64,000 nucleotides of DNA, taken from NCBI RefSeq assembly GCF_006345805.1, contig NC_043005.1, positions 95,542,001 to 95,606,000 of the forward strand. The letters run 5' to 3'. Source of the DNA: Octopus sinensis (Eukaryota). Positions 59,039-64,000 of the stretch are shown here, one piece after another; within the stretch, counting starts at the first letter, position 1, and every line of letters begins with the position of its first letter. The translations under genes and the position numbers were made by a program. Under the pieces are notes generated by a model. The model worked only from the letters and a program-made list of their open reading frames with translations. It was not told the origin of the DNA and did no database searches.

Positions 59039-59093
<55 letters not shown>
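58876..59093. repeat. Compound trinucleotide array (ATT/ACT/GTT/GCT/GAT/CAT/CAG)
   Basis: Directly visible. Confidence 0.95.
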
Positions 59094-59098
<5 letters not shown>

Positions 59099-59478
59099 GC
59101 TGGCAGAATCATTAGCACATCAGATAAAATGTTTAGTGACATTCTTTCAGCTTTACTTTCTGAGATCAAATTCTGAAGCTGACTTTGCCATTCTTCCTTT
59201 CATGGCTGAGAAAATAAAGTAGCTGTTGAGCATGGGGTTGGTGGGATGAACTTGTCCCTTTCCCCCTAAATAGCCTTGTGCCTACAGTTGAAAAAATTAT
59301 TATTATTATAAGAAGGATGAGTGCAATGGCTGGGAGAATCACTGGAGCCATATTTTGTGACTTCCCTTTACATTTTCAGTTAAAATCCTTCTGTCAACTT
59401 TGTCTTTCAGAGGGTGGGTGGAGGGGTCAATAAAATAGTGTCAATTAAATACTGGAAGCACTAGGAAGTCTATTAAGT

Positions 59479-59531
<53 letters not shown>

Positions 59532-60746
59532 GCTACTGCTGCTGCTGCTGCCGCCACTACTATGTGAAGTATCCTGCCAATACTTTGGCAAGTGTTAAGG
59601 TGAAACCACCAAAATATGAAATAACAAGACAAAAAAGAGTTATCCTCTCTACTTAACTAGTGGTGATGCAAGGTGCAACACAGAACTTGGATTTATCTGT
59701 GTATGTGTGTGTGTGTGTCTGTGTGTATAGTGAGTGAGGGAGAGAGAGAGAGAAAGAGAAATGATTATAATTTAAGATACTAGAACAATGAGTCACTAAA
59801 CAAGTATGTTCATAATTTTATGTTTGATTTTTTTTTTTTTTTGGTTGGTTGCTTGTAGTAGTAATTATGCTGTATTGATGGTATGTCCAGTTTGGCTAAA
59901 TGTGTATAGCTTTATTTCCATTTAGGGGTGTATTGTTGTAAAAAATCAGTCTGTCCTCGGATGGCTCCAGTAAGTTTGTGTATGAGAAAAGGTTGCTAGC
60001 GCTCTTGTTTGACCCTTGTCCAAGAAAGTGACACTATGAGTGGTAATGCCTCATGACCCTTTTCACAATGCAACATAGCTGATTCAAGGAGAGAAAGAGA
60101 GTGGGGGGGGGAGAAAATTTTCCATACCAGAAGGATGAAAAAGTAAAATCGACCTCAGTAGGATTTGAACTCAAAGTGCACGTATCCAGAACAAACACTG
60201 CATGGCATTGTGTGTGTGTGTAAATATATACATATATATATATAAACACACACATATATATGCACACACACACACACACACACACAAACAGACACATATA
60301 TGTATATCTATATATATCTATATATATAAAACTCAACTTGTGTGTCTGTGTGTGTGTCTGTGTGTTTAACTTCCCAGCACATCTCCTTCTAGCCAACAAA
60401 TCGTAGAACCACCAAAAATGGGTCACTTAAAGTTTAGGCGAATGAAAATTGAACTGCGCTATTTCTGTTCCGAAATTCATCTCGCAAGTTCAAAAACCAA
60501 TGATGTGTTTGTTTAGGCCTTATCCCATGCATTGAATAGTGAACTTTACTCAGTCAGCTGTTTGTCATGAAATGTGTTCACCACGCATGCAAGCATGCGT
60601 AAATTGCATGAAAAGTAAAAAATCAAGATATAAAAACGAATTGCTGTAAACATTGTAGAAATTTGGCAAAGAAATGAATTTTCGGGATGTAGCCTGGAGG
60701 GTTTTTTCGTATTAAACGTTTGGACTTTGTGAACACATACCAATTA

Positions 60747-61102
60747 TCTATATATATAAAGCTGAAGTTGTCTGTGTATGGCAGGTTTGGTAGCCTTCAA
60801 CTAACACTATCTTCTCCGAGATCTTGTGGCGCAAGTTGACCAAAATTGAGTGTATGATAGAAGAAAGCTTGCTCTTCCTTCCGTAGAAGAAAAAATTCAA
60901 ATCAGACCATGTTAACATCAAAAATTATTTACATCAAAAAGGTGCTTTTTTCTATGAAAATCCCTATTTTTTTACGATTTTTTGACTGTCGCCATTTTTC
61001 GGTGTATTTCAACCAGAAAAATGTTCACTTAAAGCTACATAATGCAAAATTTTTACTTTTCAAAAATTCCAATCCTAAAGCAACGCTGGGTGATACTGCT
61101 AG
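60747..61102 (+). mobile_element. Non-autonomous Helitron-type element, copy 4
   Basis: A|TCTATATATATAAAGCTGAAG...GCAACGCTGGGTGATACTGCTAG|T. Confidence 0.85.
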
Positions 61103-61118
61103 TATATATATATATATA

Positions 61119-61430
61119 TCACCATGATCACCGTGACTGACCAGGCTATCAGGTGTTGCTACACATCACTGGTCACAATGCGCTTCGCATTGTTTTAGCC
61201 TTCAAATGACGCCACCTCGCTGGCTAAGCAAGCAGGCCAACAGAAGAAAAAGTAAGAGAAAGTTGTGGTAAAAGAGTACAGCATTGATCGCCACCACCCC
61301 CTGTCGGAGCCTCGTGGAGCCTTAGGTGTTTTTTCTCAATAAAAACTCACAACGCCTGGTCTGGGAATCGAAACCACGATCCTATGACCGTGAGTTAGCT
61401 GCCCCAACCACTGGGCCATTGCGCCTCCAC
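61119..61430 (-). mobile_element. tRNA-derived SINE, family C head with tail type 1
   Basis: Colinear with 42070-42368. Confidence 0.85.
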
Positions 61431-61468
61431 ATATATATTTATATATATATATATATAATATATATATA

Positions 61469-61523
<55 letters not shown>

Positions 61524-62389
61524 GCCTATGCTCCTCAGTCTGGGCTGACTGATGAGCAGAAGGACCAATTCTATGATAAATTCTCAACGACAAATATATA
61601 TATAGGTACCACTTTGGCATGTGATCTACAATTTAAAGGGAGGTTACCTCTTTGTTTACATTGTGTTAGTATTACTTTGCCGTGTGATCTATGTGAGCAA
61701 ATTTACTTTGGGTGGGTGACCTACATACTTATTTTAGTTATTATATTGTTTATTCTTGGTTTCTTGTTATTATTACTATTTGCTAAGACATAAAGGAAAC
61801 ATGGTTTTATTATTATTAAAATAGTATGAATTTTGAAAAAATACATTTACAATGCTAAGCATGTCCTACAGTAATCTTCCTTGTAGATCACATACCAAAG
61901 TGGTACCTGTGCCTGTGTGCCTCCCTCTCTCTCTCTCTTTGTCTTTGTCAATAGTTGTAAATTTATTGTTGCTGGCATATAAGCAGCACCATTCATTTCC
62001 AGTATCCTGCAAGAACATGCCTGGCAATGGGAAAATATCTCAGTTGGAAACAGGTGACAGCTGGTGATAGATAGGAAAGGTATCCAGTTGTAGAAAACCA
62101 GCCTCAACAAATTCCATCTAACCCATGCAAGCATGGAAAAGTGGACGTTAAATGCTGATGATGATGAATATATATATGCATGCATATTTCTGTGTGTTTG
62201 TGTTTGTCCTCACAATCTGAGCAGGTTTGCTTTTGTTTACATCCCTGTTACATAGCAGTCCTGAAAAAAATAAAAATAAAAGAAAGATAGACTAAGTGCC
62301 AGACTTGTTAAGATTCAATCAACTTAACAATTCTCAATGTTGAAACTGGTGGAAGTTCAAGGAAAAGTTGTTGGCTATGTTATTAGCCA

Positions 62390-62768
62390 GGTGCTGAGAG
62401 CACCATCTGAGCGTGATCATTGCCAGAGTGGCTAACTGGCTTCCGTGCCGGTGGCATGTAGGAAGCACCATTCAAGCGGGATTGTTACCAGCATTGCCTT
62501 ACTGGCACCTGTGCCATTGACATGTGTAAAAAAAAAAAATTCGAGCAAGGTCGTTGCCAGTACCGCCTGACTGGCCCCCGTGCCGGTGGCACATAAAAGC
62601 ACCCACTACACTCTTGGAGTGGTTGGTGTTAGGAAGGGCAACCAGCTGTAGAAACTCTGCCAGATCAAGATTGGAGCCTGGTGCAGCCATCTGGTTCGCC
62701 AGCCCTCAGTCAAACCGTCCAACCCATGCTAGCATGGAAAGCGGTCGTTAAACAATGATGATGATGAT
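62390..62768 (+). mobile_element. RTE-clade LINE 3' end
   Basis: Family 3' UTR, nearly identical at its 3' end to 56311-56503. Confidence 0.8.
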
Positions 62769-63879
62769 AGTGTATATAGTGAAGGCACATGGCTTCATAG
62801 TTAAGGTATTCGGCTCATGATTGTAAGGTCGTGAGTTCAATTCCAGCAGCATGTTGTGTCCTTGAGAAAGACACTTTATTATATGTTGCTTCAGTCTACT
62901 CAGCTGGCAAAAATACGTGGTGCCTGTATTTCAGGTGCCAAGCTGAATCTCCTTGAGAACTACGTGAAGGGTATGCATGTCTGTGGAGTTCTCAGCCACT
63001 TGCAGGTTAATTTCACAAGCAGGCTGTTCTGTTGATCGGATCCACAGGAACCATCATCTTCATAAATGACAGAGTGTTTTTTCAAAGTTGCTATTAAAAT
63101 TTGGAATAAAACCACAGATTACAAAGAAAGGAGAGAGTTAAAAGCTGATCAACACAAAGATAGACTGATGGATGGGTGGGCAGTGTTGGGAGTAAAATGC
63201 AACATTTAATACAATGAAAAGAATTGGGTTGATTTTCAAAAGCTTGATGGAAATGTAATTAGCAATTAAATAGAACTAAATAGGTTTGTTTCTGTGACAA
63301 CAATTGGATATATTTTTTTTAATGAGTATTTTTGTTACCCTGTAACCCAATTTCTTCTTATGTCCCTGTTGCCAATTTGCAGATCAGGAAAGTATTAGCT
63401 GTTACACATGACAATAATAAAACAAACAAACTGAATTCCAGTTAGAAGTTTTTAGATTAGTTTCAAGGAAATGTCGCTTGGTATGTTTTCATTTGTTCTA
63501 GCCATTAGACTGCCCATGCTAGAGCACTACCTTGAGGGGATTTAGTTGAATAAATTAACCCAAGTACTTTTTTTTTAAGTAGTATTTATTCATTCATTTG
63601 GCCTCTTGTGCATGCTGCTAAGTTAGGAAGATGTAAACAAACAAACATTGGTTGTCAAGTGGGAACAAACACGATGCAGATATATATATGTATGTGTGTA
63701 TGTGTATATATATATACACATGATGGTTTCCTCAGTTTCCTTCTATCAAATTTCTCCTACAAGGCATTAATCATCCTTCCCTTAGGTGCTGCACAGTGGA
63801 ACCCAAACCTATGTGGTTTCAAAGTGAGCTTCTTTACCACACAGCCATAACTGTGCCTTATGTATGTTTTATATATATA

Positions 63880-63905
63880 TAGATATAGATATAGATATAT
63901 AGATT

Positions 63906-63987
<82 letters not shown>

Positions 63988-64000
63988 CAGACAGATAGAT
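63880..64000. repeat. (GATA)n microsatellite running off the window end
   Basis: Directly visible. Confidence 0.95.

Noticed and set aside
63383-63445. AG-preceded frame IRKVLAVTHD... considered as the next PLK exon
   Set aside because: It does not match the expected I..EIELH helix-C sequence and stops after 20 codons.

Overview
Eukaryotic, AT-rich, microsatellite- and repeat-dense DNA. The repeat families look like those I recall from coleoid cephalopod (Octopus-like) genomes; that assignment is inference and was not searched. There are no prokaryotic features or CRISPR arrays. Only two host protein-coding pieces are supportable, both on the + strand. The first is a clean 108-nt phase 0/0 exon of a Polo-like kinase of the PLK2/3 type (50319-50426). 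The second is an isolated laminin-alpha (LanA/LAMA3/5-type) LE-domain fragment (37210-37334) that has a splice donor but no acceptor and no neighbouring laminin exons. The rest is intronic or intergenic: several tRNA-derived SINE families (some with clear TSDs), a 2.4-kb young CR1 LINE, a second CR1 3' fragment, many RTE-LINE 3' ends, four copies of a ~360-390 bp Helitron-type element, piggyBac/hAT/Tigger-type MITEs, an internally deleted mariner, and Penelope-like terminal repeats carrying minimal hammerhead ribozyme motifs. Two of those motifs share a non-canonical CUGUNGA core. The most notable observations are the hammerhead variants, the orphan laminin exon inside a CpG-intact ~5-kb block, a near-perfect 222-bp inverted duplication, a loopless 220-bp palindrome, and a sharp change in CpG decay near 16.5-18 kb that suggests a large methylated gene body. 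All coordinates, alignments and counts were made by eye.
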